The notes beneath the pieces were generated by a model. The model worked only from the letters and a program-made list of their open reading frames with translations, was not told the DNA's origin and made no database searches. Positions 29,370 to 40,370 of a DNA stretch of 40,370 nucleotides are shown here, in pieces. The stretch is from Macrostomum lignano (Eukaryota), in contig NIVC01004619.1 of NCBI GenBank assembly GCA_002269645.1, positions 1-40,370 of the forward strand. Reading direction: 5' to 3'. Position numbers and translations under genes: made by a program. Position 1 is the stretch's first letter. Each line of letters begins with the position of its first letter.

Positions 29370-31617
29370 TATTTTTATCTGCTGCTACAGAGCTACAGAA
29401 ATTAAATGGAAATTAACTGGGATTGGCCGTTGGGTTTCGAATAGACAAGGTTAAGACGCATGTAGTAACTGTAAGGTAGCGAAGACTTGTGTCTAGGGTC
29501 CGGACTACCAAAGGGCAGCAGGTACTTCAAAGCAGAGAGAAACATAGTAAAGTATATATAGCCATTCTATTTAAAGCTTCTTTCCATATATATATTGACA
29601 AGGATGAGTTTCTAGAGAACTACGAGTATAGACTAAAGTTAGTTTATTACCCGTAATTTTGTTGCGAATTCTGGACTACGCAGGGCAATCAGTCTCATGA
29701 ATACTTTTGATATAGGACCACGAGTTATATATTAATGTACACAGTCCACGTGTGAATAGAATTAAAAGTATAGTACTTTATGATGTTTTATGCTTTATTT
29801 TGTAATTATATAGTATCAATAAAAACGAAATACAACAAATAATTAGATCTTTTGCTTATGATTTTCATAAAAATCCTTTATGCAACTTATATCCAACTTA
29901 GCGATCGGACTACTCTCTAGCATCAAAATTTCTCACATTTTTATTTACAGTACAATAATTTTTGTTATAATTTATTATGCACTAGCTATACTAAAACTAG
30001 TAGATGATTTGCAGATTGCTTCTGTTAAAGTGGAGCAAATAGCAATGTAACGACCGAAGACCGAAGTTTATATACAGAACGAAGTTTGCCTTAGTGGGAT
30101 GTCCACCGCCCCCTAAATTTTTAAGTTTAAGTTTGACTTGGTGGCCCACGCCCCCATAGTCTTAACGTTATATTTTCCTGTATTTTTTCAATTTTCAAAA
30201 CTCCTACCTAAATCCTACTCTGTAATTTTTAAAGTAATCCATGCATAAGGTATCATTCTGTAGATGATGAATAGGTGCGTGAATGAGAGTATTTTCGCAA
30301 TATGTTACCGTTTGTTTGCAAAGTTATTGATTTTTCTAAGAAAAAATAAATTTCCGGTTTATTCAAGTGTAACAAATTCAATTCCTTTGTAGATTTCAAG
30401 TACAGACATTTTATTTCTACTTTCTCTATTTTCTGGTATACATATTAAATCCGGAACGTATTGCGACAATTTTATTAAGCCTACTTTTCTTTTGCTGATG
30501 TTGATGAGTTGTGTAGCGATTTATCAGGATTCACACGTAGTGAAGAAGTAGTGAACTGGGCGAGTTACAGGGAGCTGTCGAAAATACTGTCGAAAATCTG
30601 CGAACCATATTCAATATATTTAACTATTAGGTATTAGAGCCAGCACAAAGCCAAGAGCGACGAACGACAAACCAGACAACCAGACCAGCAGCTTGATGGA
30701 AATTCAAAACGTTTTTAATGGTCATTTGAAATTGAATATTAAGATTTAAACAAAATAATGAAAACTTTATCTGACTAACAGGTCAGCCAGAACGTGCACA
30801 AATACAATTAATTAGTAGAAGATTTAAGTATCAGTAAATTATTTTGCAAAAACGGTGTACAAGAACTCAAACCGTCACAGTATTTATACAATCAAATCAA
30901 AAGAATATCGGAAATGTGTAAAATCGAATTGAAGTCAAAATTGGGTTATAACGTCATATTTTCTAAATTAGCGATCTAAAAAACTGAAAACTTTTATGTT
31001 TTTACTTTAAATTGATGAGGACGCACTTTTCTCCAAATTTCACGCTCGCACATGGGCTCCAAACTTGCTAGCCTACTAACAACATGCCTTTAATTTTAAG
31101 TAACTTTTCTAGAATTCATACTAGTAGGACTTTTGTAGCTATATGAATCTGCCATACTTGTAGTCATAATAACATAGGCGCGGTTTTTTGCTGCTTTTGG
31201 GGTTATAAATCATTGCTTTTGAGCTGGTCTGACAGCCACCTGCGCCTCACTCAAGCTGAGGCTGGCGCCAGCCGCCAGATGGTCTGAGAGGACGCGGGCG
31301 GTATAGCTTTTTTCTCATCATTTTTGACAGGCCATCAGATTTATGAGGTCAGGGCCTATTGTTCGTGTTCACTCAAGCGTTTGACAGCTTTGACAGCTAT
31401 GCGTTTTACCCCTAAAAGTACTTTGGGATTGGCGATTAGCGATTTCTCTTCACCATTTTCACTTTCTACTTAATAAGATCTTTCTATTCCATATTTTTTC
31501 ATTAATTTTTGTCATTCCTACGCGAAAGGTCAAAAATCATTATGTAGCGATTTTGAGTGATTTATGGCAACACCTGGCGTATTTTTATGGCACTGAGGGA
31601 ACTAATAGGATCTTCTG

Positions 31618-31752
31618 GTCACGTGAGTTTGGGTGGCAACAAGCTCAGCCAATCAAAAAATTCGACGTCAGTTATAACAAATCGGCTCAGCCAATCAGCG
31701 TCGAAGTTTTCCATTATATCAAAATTTTCTGTCCAGTTGGCGGCTATTTAAA
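31618..31752 (+). promoter_or_regulatory. Pol II promoter-like motif cluster
   Basis: GTCACGTGA (31618), GCTCAGCCAATCA twice (31643, 31685), GACGTCA (31664), TATTTAAA (31745). Confidence 0.45.
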
Positions 31753-33274
31753 CCGGTGTTTTTGACCCGCTCGGACCTCAACCTCCAGGGACTTTGGCCT
31801 AACTTAGACCTCCTGAAGCTCGACCGTCGTCTCTTGATCCCCGGATCGCGACTCCCGCCGTCATCATCAAGGACGAATTCCCCCGGTCGTCAGCAGCGAA
31901 CATCAAGGTTAAGATCATCACCTGCTAGCTATCTGCGAAGACTGTGACAGCATCATCCCGGGTCTACAGCTTCGAAGCAGTAAGCCGATTCGGTCACTGT
32001 GGATTACCTGCATGGTCTCCGGCTGTTGAGTTTCTGATTGGTTGGGTGAGAGGCTACCTAAACTTGCTTGATTGGGTGATCCTTTATCTGTCTCCTGTTT
32101 CAGTAGCTGGATTAGGCGTACACTTTTGCTCATTTTGTTCAGTAGTGCTGTTATTGAGGCAGTCATTCAATAATACTGTTAGTAGTCTGAAACTCCAATT
32201 TAATCTGAGGTGTGAAGTGAATCAGTGAGCAAGTTAAATCTGACAGTTATTTTTGTCGGTTTTATTTCTTTCTTCGCCGATGGCTCAGATGAGTGGCTAA
32301 GCTAATAGGCGCCGGTCACAGAGTGGACCAATGGCAAGGCAGTTCTCAGTCGATCAATCTATCAAATCAGTGAGCAAAGTTGCCAATAGTGCAGAATCGG
32401 CGCCAGAGATGTACTCTGTGCACTCTAGGTTTGCCAAGCGGCTCGGGTGATGAATCATACGGTCTCTGAGGTTCGAGTTAGCCTATCATCAGCGCTACGA
32501 GAGGCGCGTTGACAGTACAGTAAGTGTAATAGCCCCCCTAGTCGGAAGCCAGATTGCAAAGTCCCGGTTTGGTGAGCCAGGACGCACGGGCTGGTGGCAG
32601 CGGGTTAGTTAATCTGCGGATTAGCTATCTTTACCTTCAAAATTCTCCCTGCTTGTCTCTCGCTGTCCCTCTCTTAGCTAACCTAGACTGCTCGCCACAC
32701 GATCAAGCTACCATGGGGCTGACCATCTGACAGGAGTGGGGGGCCAGGACTCAAATTGATTTATTTCTGAGACCTGAGGCCCGAAGACTTCCCGAAAGGG
32801 GCCGAAAAGGCCGAAACCCATCAAAATTATACACCTAAATGCTTGCTACAAAATCACACCAAGCATGTTGCTACAAGTATATGTGCAGAAATCGGAAATA
32901 TATGCATCCAAAGTTTAAAAAATCAACAAAATTAAAATACACCGCATTTTTCAATATTTGACAAACTCCTGTTCCCCTAGCTATTTTTCAACCAATACAT
33001 GTAAGGTGTCCTTTTGTAGATAATTGATAGATTTATAATGCATCATTAGATTCTTTTTGCAATAGGTTTGTATGCAAAGTTTTTGAGATATTTGCAAAAA
33101 ATCAAAATGTCGTATATTTGAATTTTGAGTACTTGAATTAGGTATTATAGGCAGAGAAAAATTAACGCTTTTATACAAAAATCTAAATATCATTCAATAA
33201 ATTCCCTGTGATTTTAATCGATATACATAATTAGATTATTTGCAGCATAGAGCAGTTGCTAATATGGGATAGCA

Positions 33275-34335
33275 ACGTTTGTCAGCCGACGTTTGCCAGC
33301 CGACGTTTTCAGCCGACGTTTGCCAGCCGACGTTTTCCAGCCGACGTTTGCCAGCCGACCAGCCGACGTTTGCCATGTTTGCCGATGTTTGCCAGTTTGC
33401 CTTTGCCAGCCGACGTTTGCCTGCGGGACGTTTGCCAGCCGGACATTTGCAGGCGGCAATTGGTTAAAGAAGTACGCCCTCTCTAGGCTTACATGTACTT
33501 GCATTTAAAAACTGTGGACATAGCACTAATCTAATTCCACCCGCTCCCTACTACTGCTATTGAATAGAATATACAGGTTATGAGGTTACTAACAAACTAC
33601 TGTTCAGGCTTATTGAAGTTATTATAAATACTCTGAAGAAGTTATTGCTCGTGTCTGCCTAAATATAAAGGTAAAAATACAAAATAGGAGTTTCCATTGT
33701 CACGGTTGATGTCTATGTATGCCATGCATGGAATCTGGAATGGCCTTTTCCATCTCAGTGGCCAAACAAGCTAAGTGTTTACAAGCTAAATGGGAAAAGA
33801 CTGAGACATCCATAATGGTATTGGCTTAGTCTAGTCTCGCCTGTATATACTTAACTCAAAAGCCAAACTCTGCTTAACGGAGTTTGGCCATGACAGCGTG
33901 CACTTGACAAGCTGCATTGGAATTAATTCGCTTACTTTTGGATCTCCCAATGAACTGGGAAATATATAAGCCAGAATTATCGTTCAGCAGTTCTTTTATT
34001 TGCCCAAAACTTGGCTCGTTGGAGTTTCCCGTTTAAATTTGCGTGTCTTCATTCGCAAATCAAAAATCAAACATCTCAAACTGGGAAAAGCAATAAAGCC
34101 GTCAGAAGTAAACTTTGTAATATTTCCACATTCAAAGAAATTGTTGTTAAACTGGCAAACGTCGGCTGGCAAACATCCCGCAGGCAAATGTCGGCTGGCA
34201 AACGTCCCGCTGGCCAACGTCGGCTGGCAAACGTCCCGCTGGCAAACGTTGGCTGGCAAACGTCCCGCTGGCCAACGTCGGCTGGCAAACGTCCCGCTGG
34301 CAAACGTCAGCTGGCAAACGTCCCGCTGGCAAACG
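33275..34335. repeat. Inverted pair of 14-15-bp tandem arrays (CGTTTGCCAGCCGA) flanking a ~700-bp spacer; foldback/MITE-like
   Basis: Array on + at ~33275-33452; its reverse complement (TCGGCTGGCAAACG) at ~34152-34335. Confidence 0.8.
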
Positions 34336-35076
34336 ACGGCCCACTAATATCTGCGGGCTATATATTTTCCATTAAAAGGGCCGTTTTAGAGGTTTTATCA
34401 TTTTTCGAATACAAATAGTGGTATCGAATTTCCGTTTTTGTTATTTCATCTTAAAATTCCATCTTTTCTACGAATTTTGACATCTGGCACAAATCAACGC
34501 ACCGAACTTGTAAAATTTTGGAGCAATTTTGTTTCGAAATTCGCCATCCAAAATTGTTCCCTGGACCTCACTGTCAGTGTCAATGTCAACTCGTTTCGGT
34601 CGTACTACTAGCACCGAGTAGCGCATATGGGGCATACAGAAAATCGCAAGTAGGTACTAGCCTTGTGTGGATCCATGGTGGATCCACTTGGCTAGCCGCG
34701 GGCGTTTTCTACTAGTGAATTACACGGCTAGCCGTCAGGCGCGAGCTGGGGGGAAGGGTGGAGCTATAATAAGCGTACGTTACAACCCTAATGTAGACCA
34801 TTACCAGAAGTAACACTAGCTTACGTGGGGTAATGTACACAAGCCTCGGGGGGAGAGGGGGAATCATTTTATTGCTTTCTTTGGCTCTCGCGACTTGTTT
34901 TTCTATCCAAGTTGAACTTGAACAAAGCGCCTATCGGCTGGCCAATCCGCACAGTCTAGACTGGACTTAATTATATGTAGTAAACAACTTTGATTGAATT
35001 TCTGTATCTGAATCGTAGTCCATCCATAGAAAGGAAAAAGTAATAAGAAAGTTTCTTAGCTGCTTTCAAAAGTATA

Positions 35077-36630
35077 ATGAGCAGTTTAATCGAATATTTA
35101 CGAAGCCTTCGAAAGGCCACAAAGCCTGGAGCTGAGGACACCACTGACCGCCTAAATTTCGTGTGGACTCCAATGCTTCTAATCTTGTTCAGCCTAGTCG
35201 TTTTCGGCAAGGAATTTATTGGCCGGCCTATGCACTGCATATTCTCCGGTAATCCGCAGCATCATCCGTCTAATTTTATAGATTTTGCCGAAAGCTACTG
35301 CTGGGCTCACGGACGTATGTCTACTCGAAGGATGCTATAGTAAAACTCACTGGATACAGGAGTTCTGAAGAACAAGAATACTACTGGGATCATACTATTT
35401 CTAACCAGCTCCTCACTTATTACCAGTGGGTACCTTTCGCTCTGCTACTGCAGTGCATTGTCACTTATCTACCAAAATTAATCTGGCAGATGATTTGCAG
35501 CCGGCGTTTCGGATCAGACATCTATAGTCTTGTTAGCCTAGCAGCCGAGGCTAAGACCAGCACTGACAATGGCTTCCGTGAGCAGGCGTCTCGCATTGCA
35601 GACGTTATCGAACGAATGCTAGTTTATAATCGAGAGTTCCGGAATGGCCGACTGCAACGCATGAAGTCTGCTCTGTATAATCGGTGCAATTTTCTAGTGC
35701 CCAGTAAGCGAATGGGCACTATGCTGACTCTGCTGTACATGTTGGTTAAGCTGCTGTGCCTTGCCAACGCGATGGCCAGCTAATGTTCATGTCCGCCTTT
35801 CTCGGCTTCCAACAGCTGGGCTTGCAGGCCTACGGCTCCGCCATGTTGCAGCACGCAGTCAGCGCTCGCGGACTCTGGCAATCCACTATGCTATTCCCGC
35901 TGCACACCCTGTGCTATATCCGCCTCCGACTGGATCCCGGAGCTACTAACGCTATGTCGGACAGTGCACCCTGCCAGTTAACATTCTCAACGAAAAAATC
36001 TATATAGTTTTGTTTTTCTGGTTCCTAATGCTGACTTTTGTCACGCTAATCAGCATTGGCGTGTGGCTATTCCGACTGCTGTGCACTTGCAATCAAGTGC
36101 AATTTGTCAAGCGCTTCTTGCACCTGTCCGATCCCAGCCTGCAAGCTGACCGTTCTTCTGTTAAATCCTTCGTATCCAAGTTTCTACGTCACGACGGCGT
36201 GTTTCTCGTGCTGATTCTGAGCGAAGGCTCCGACAAGATCATCACTACTGAGGTGGTCCGGCTGCTCTACCAGAGATGGCGTTGCCAGCACCGCGGCCGC
36301 GATCTGACCAGAGGCTGCGAATTCTCCGACCTCACCGACAAAGTGTCGGCCGCCGACTGCGGCAGTGGCGGCGACAGCGGTGGCGCTGTCGCTGCAAGCT
36401 ACCAAAGGGAGGCGGCCGCGCCGGCGACGAGCCTTCAACTTGCAAAATGCGATGCACCAACAATGTCTATGGCATTGCAGGCGATGATAGCGGACTGTTG
36501 GCTGTGTGATGTCAATCGTCAGGGCTCGTGTACTGATAGTGAGTCACTGTGTGTACGGGACTGCTCAGTTCTTATCAAAGTTATCCTAGCTATAATTCCC
36601 TATGTCTCTCAATTATCCTTGTGTCGCTGA
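35077..36630 (+). CDS. Innexin (gap-junction/pannexin family), disrupted in this sequence by three 1-nt frameshifts (~35312, ~35775, ~35951)
   Basis: EDTTDRLNF, RPMHC, SYCWAHG/TY, YYQWVPF, LYMLVKLL...N/GQL...FLG, FPLHTLC, QCTLPVNILNEKIY, FL..DGVF. Could be a pseudogene or assembly errors. The 3' end may splice at GTGAGT 36539. Confidence 0.93.
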
Positions 36631-38150
36631 ATTCCCCCATTCACTAAGCCGCAATGTCCATCTGAATTCCCCATTCACTAAGCCCAATGTCCATTTGAAT
36701 TCCCCATTCACTAAGCCCAATGTCCATTTGAATTCCCCCATTCACTAAGCCCAAAGTCCATTTGAATTCTCCACATTCACTAAGCCCAATGTCCATTTGA
36801 ATTCCCCCATTCACTAAGCCCAATGTCCATCTGAATTCCCCCCACCAATTATTCACCATGCCCAATGTCCATCTGAATTCCCCACCAATTATTCACTAAT
36901 CCCAATGTCCATCTGAATTCCCCCATTCATTAAGCCCAATGTCCATCTGAATTCCCCCATTCACTAAGCCCAATGTCCATCTGAATTCCCCCACCAATTA
37001 TTCACTAAGCCCAATGTCCATCTGAATTCCCCACCAATTATTCACTAAGCCCAATGTCCATCTGAATTCCCCCACCAATAATTCACTAAGCCCAATGTCC
37101 ATCTGAATTCCCCCACCAATTATTCACTAAGCCCAATGTCCATCTGAATTCCCCGTTTCACTAAGCCCAATGTCCATCTGAATTCCCCCATTCACCATGC
37201 CTAAGTCCATCTGAATTCCCCACCTGTTATTTACCATGCCCAATGTCCATCTGAATTCCCCGCACCTGTTATTCACCATGCCCAATGTCCATCTGAATTC
37301 CCCACCTGTTAATACCATGCGCAATTTCCATCTGATTCTGAATTTCCCTACCCCCATTCACTAAGCCCAATGTCCATCTGAATTCCCCCATTTCACCATG
37401 CCCAATGTCCATCTGAATTCCCCCATTTCACCATGCCCAATGTCCATCTGAATTCCCCAACCCATTATTCACCATGCATGTCCATCTGAATTCCCCCCCA
37501 ATTATTCACTAAGCTCAATGTCCATCTGAATTCCCCGTTTCACTAAGCCCAATGTCCATCTGAATTCCCCCATTCACCATGCCTAAGTCCATCTGAATTC
37601 CCCACCTGTTATTTACCATGCCCAATGTCCATCTGAATTCCCCACCTGTTATTCACCGCATGCCCAATGTCCATCTGAATTCCCCACCAGTTATTTACCA
37701 TGCGCAATGTCCATCTGATTCTGAATTTCTCTAACCCCCATTCACTAAGCCCAATGTCCATCTGAATTCCCCATTTTACCATGCCCAATGTCCATTTGAA
37801 TTCCCCAATCCATTATTCACACATGCCCAATGTCCATCTGAATTCCCACCTGTTATTCACCATGCCCAATGTCCATCTGAATTCCCCCATTCACAAAGCC
37901 CAACGTCTATCTGAATTCCCCATTCGCTAAGCCCAATGTCCTCTTAGTGAATTCACTAACCCCAATGTCTATCTGAATTCCCCCATTTACTTAGCCCAAT
38001 GTCCATCTGAATTCCCCCATTCACTAAGCCCAATATCTATCTGAATTCCCCCATTCACTAAGCCCAATATCTATCTGAATTCCCCCATTCACTAAGCCCA
38101 ATATCTATCTGAATTCCCCCATTCACTAAGCCCAATCTCTATCTGGATTT
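36627..38150. repeat. Complex minisatellite, 33-41-bp units around GCCCAATGTCCATCTGAATTCCCC(A/C)..., roughly 40 units
   Basis: Direct reading. Variants with and without CAATTATT/CTGTTATT inserts. Confidence 0.96.
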
Positions 38151-39678
38151 CTCATTTCCCTAGCCTTACTACATGTGTAACATCAAGCAATAACAATGCA
38201 ATTATTATCTTATAAGTCTTTTCTGTCTGTTTTGTTTACTTAAGTTTGAAATCAATTTGAATTGGTTTGTGCTGAAACTTATTGCTGTTTTATTACACGT
38301 ATATGTACTTATGCAGTACTTGGTGCTTTAATGAACTGCTCAAATACTTTAATACCATTTTTAGTACTCGTGGTAGCCGATCTTTATTATCGTAATTAAA
38401 AATTTATACGAATCGATAATCAGCCAAATATAATCTGTTTGTTTCTATCGTTCAATAAATTCGTTCACTTTCACTCTAGTTATTGTCTTATTTCTTGATA
38501 TTACATTAAACTAGTATATGCATTTACGAGCTACATGAAAGAGTCCTTGACCTGAGCCCAAGTGAACAACAGCTCCAAAGAATTTCTAACATTGCTCTAT
38601 AATTAATTACCTAAAAACTGTTACAGACACAGACAAACTGTTTATCTCATCGCTATTCTGACTGACGGCGCTGTAATTTGCAAGTACAATACTATACGCG
38701 TACGTTTTATAGTAAAGTAAATACCAGGCGCATCGCCATCGGGGGGGGGGCAGGGGCATGTCCTCTCCCCCCCAGTAAAAGCTATGGGGGGACATTCCAA
38801 TGCTTCGTGCCCCCCCACCCCACCTTGTGACTCGTAATCAATAATTTTTTCAGGGCGCCAAAATATAGCGCCTAATGAGTGCCTACGGTGCTAAAATGAG
38901 TGGATGCGGCGCTTAAAGGAATGCCTGCGACATCAAAATGAGTTCCTGCGGCGCTAAAATGAGTACCTACGGTGCCAAAATGAGCGCTGACAACACGACT
39001 CTCAAAATAATGGAAATGTAGGAATTTAGCATGTAACATGTTGATTTCTTGCTTTGTCCCCCACCATAAAATCCATGGCGACACCCTGTTAAATACTTTT
39101 GTTTTAATTTATATTTACAATGTAAGACATATTATTCATATGAATAATATTATTCATATTATTCATATTATTCATATTTACATGTAAATAGTGGCGCTGG
39201 CCTACAGATTTACGTACATGTATGTACACTTCTTATGGAGGCAAGTATAAAAATGTTAGCTAACGTGTGCTTGCAACGAAGATTAATAAAAAGCGAAAAT
39301 GCCAAATGGTACCGTCAAACAAGCAAATTAGGCTCTAAATTAGGCTTCAAAAACTTGGGCTCACAGTCGCGGAGTCAAGGACGACTTAAATCTCATTCTT
39401 AGTAAAAGCCATGCATGCCTTTGGTGATATCACTTTCACCTTTTAACGCCCATCCATTTCCGGAGGACCTTGGACTATCGAATTCATACGGAATTATATC
39501 ACGATTGTAAAAGTAAATAACCCGTAAATGCAATTCGGAGCACTTTCAAATTCTTCAAAATTAGTAGCTGACGCTAGGGGCGCGCGGCCATTATAGGGTA
39601 TTTCCAGCGAATGAAGTCAATTTTCAGTTATCAAAATTGATGTGTATGGCTCATGTCAATGGCACGTAGCTATATTGA

Positions 39679-39881
39679 CAGGGGCGTAGGGAGGAGGGGA
39701 TAGGGGGGATGTCCCCCCGAAGAGCCTGATCAAAAACTTTTTTGTTGCCCTTTGTTGCTATACATGCTACCATGTGACTCTGTCACAGCACTTTTATCTT
39801 GGTGTATCCCCCACGTAGAAAATTCCTGGCTACACACCCTGTTGGTGTATCCCCCATAGGAAATTCCTGGCTACACCCCTG
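39679..39881. mobile_element. Small non-autonomous DNA element (MITE-like) with duplicated 3' end
   Basis: TIR CAGGGGCGTAG / CTACACCCCTG (10 of 11 match). Flanks ATATTGA / ATATTGT. Near-duplicate ends at 39799-39841 and 39842-39881. Confidence 0.6.
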
Positions 39882-40370
39882 ATATTGTACCATATATAAG
39901 TTTTGAACTGATTGATAATACTAAAACTAGGTTTGCTTATTATAATATTACTACAACATAGACTAGCTAGTGGTAGGTCTAGCTAGATATAAGTCATGAC
40001 TACAATTATAATATATTAACCATTAATTATGGAATCCAAACTGTTTTTATGTGATTTACTGCGCATCTTTCCTGGGTCAAACAAGCACATGGACATTTCA
40101 TATAGTCACAGTGAAAACTTGCAATGAAAATGAATAAATTAAAAATATATATTAAGTGTCTCTTTAATCCAGCTTATTGAAATATGTAATTGAAATATTC
40201 TTATTGAAATAACAAAATTTTTTTGTTATTGTTATCAAATAATAATATTTAGTTGTCTTATATTTAGTACAATTTACTACAATTGATTTTGTGGCAATTT
40301 TCAAGGTCTGTTTCTTAATTTATTTTGACTTGCTTAATGACTTTGTCATTATTATCTAATTCTGAAAGAT

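Noticed and set aside
29400-31500. AT-rich region with possible transposon remnants
   Set aside because: No ORF, TIR or TSD could be supported by eye.
35315-35408. Intron at GTATGT in the innexin
   Set aside because: The downstream frame reads TYVY... directly continuing the YCWxxGTY consensus, so a 1-nt frameshift fits better.
36627-38150. CRISPR-like appearance of the 33-41-bp repeat array
   Set aside because: Units are contiguous with no unique spacers, there are no cas genes, and the context is eukaryotic.
38725-39090. G/C-run-rich segment with degenerate ~21-bp repeats, possible MITE
   Set aside because: TIR match weak and no clear TSD; left unannotated.
1-40370. tRNA, rRNA or telomeric repeats
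   Set aside because: No recognisable cloverleaf, rRNA signature or TTAGGG-type array found.

Overview
Eukaryotic (animal) genomic window with two parts. (1) 71-17528 is an apparently complete ~17.5 kb Polinton/Maverick (adintovirus-like) endogenous DNA virus bounded by 191-bp AGTAGTAG-starting terminal inverted repeats. All of its genes are on the + strand. Core genes: protein-primed PolB, rve integrase with chromodomain, double jelly-roll major capsid, penton, packaging ATPase, adenain-like protease. Accessory genes: an intron-split parvovirus-type PLA2, a dUTPase, a deoxynucleoside kinase, a possible spliced SSB-like gene and a divergent TATA-binding-protein (TBP)-like ORF. TATAAG motifs recur about 47-62 bp upstream of five element genes. 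(2) 17529-40370 is host DNA: a 4-exon single-pass membrane protein gene whose introns are filled with minisatellites, an ACP7-type purple acid phosphatase, an unknown 2-exon gene, an innexin with three 1-nt frameshifts, many tandem arrays and small non-autonomous elements. The GC3-rich exons and minisatellite-filled introns are reminiscent of Macrostomum-type flatworm genomes (inference only). All family assignments come from motif recognition by eye; no searches were run.
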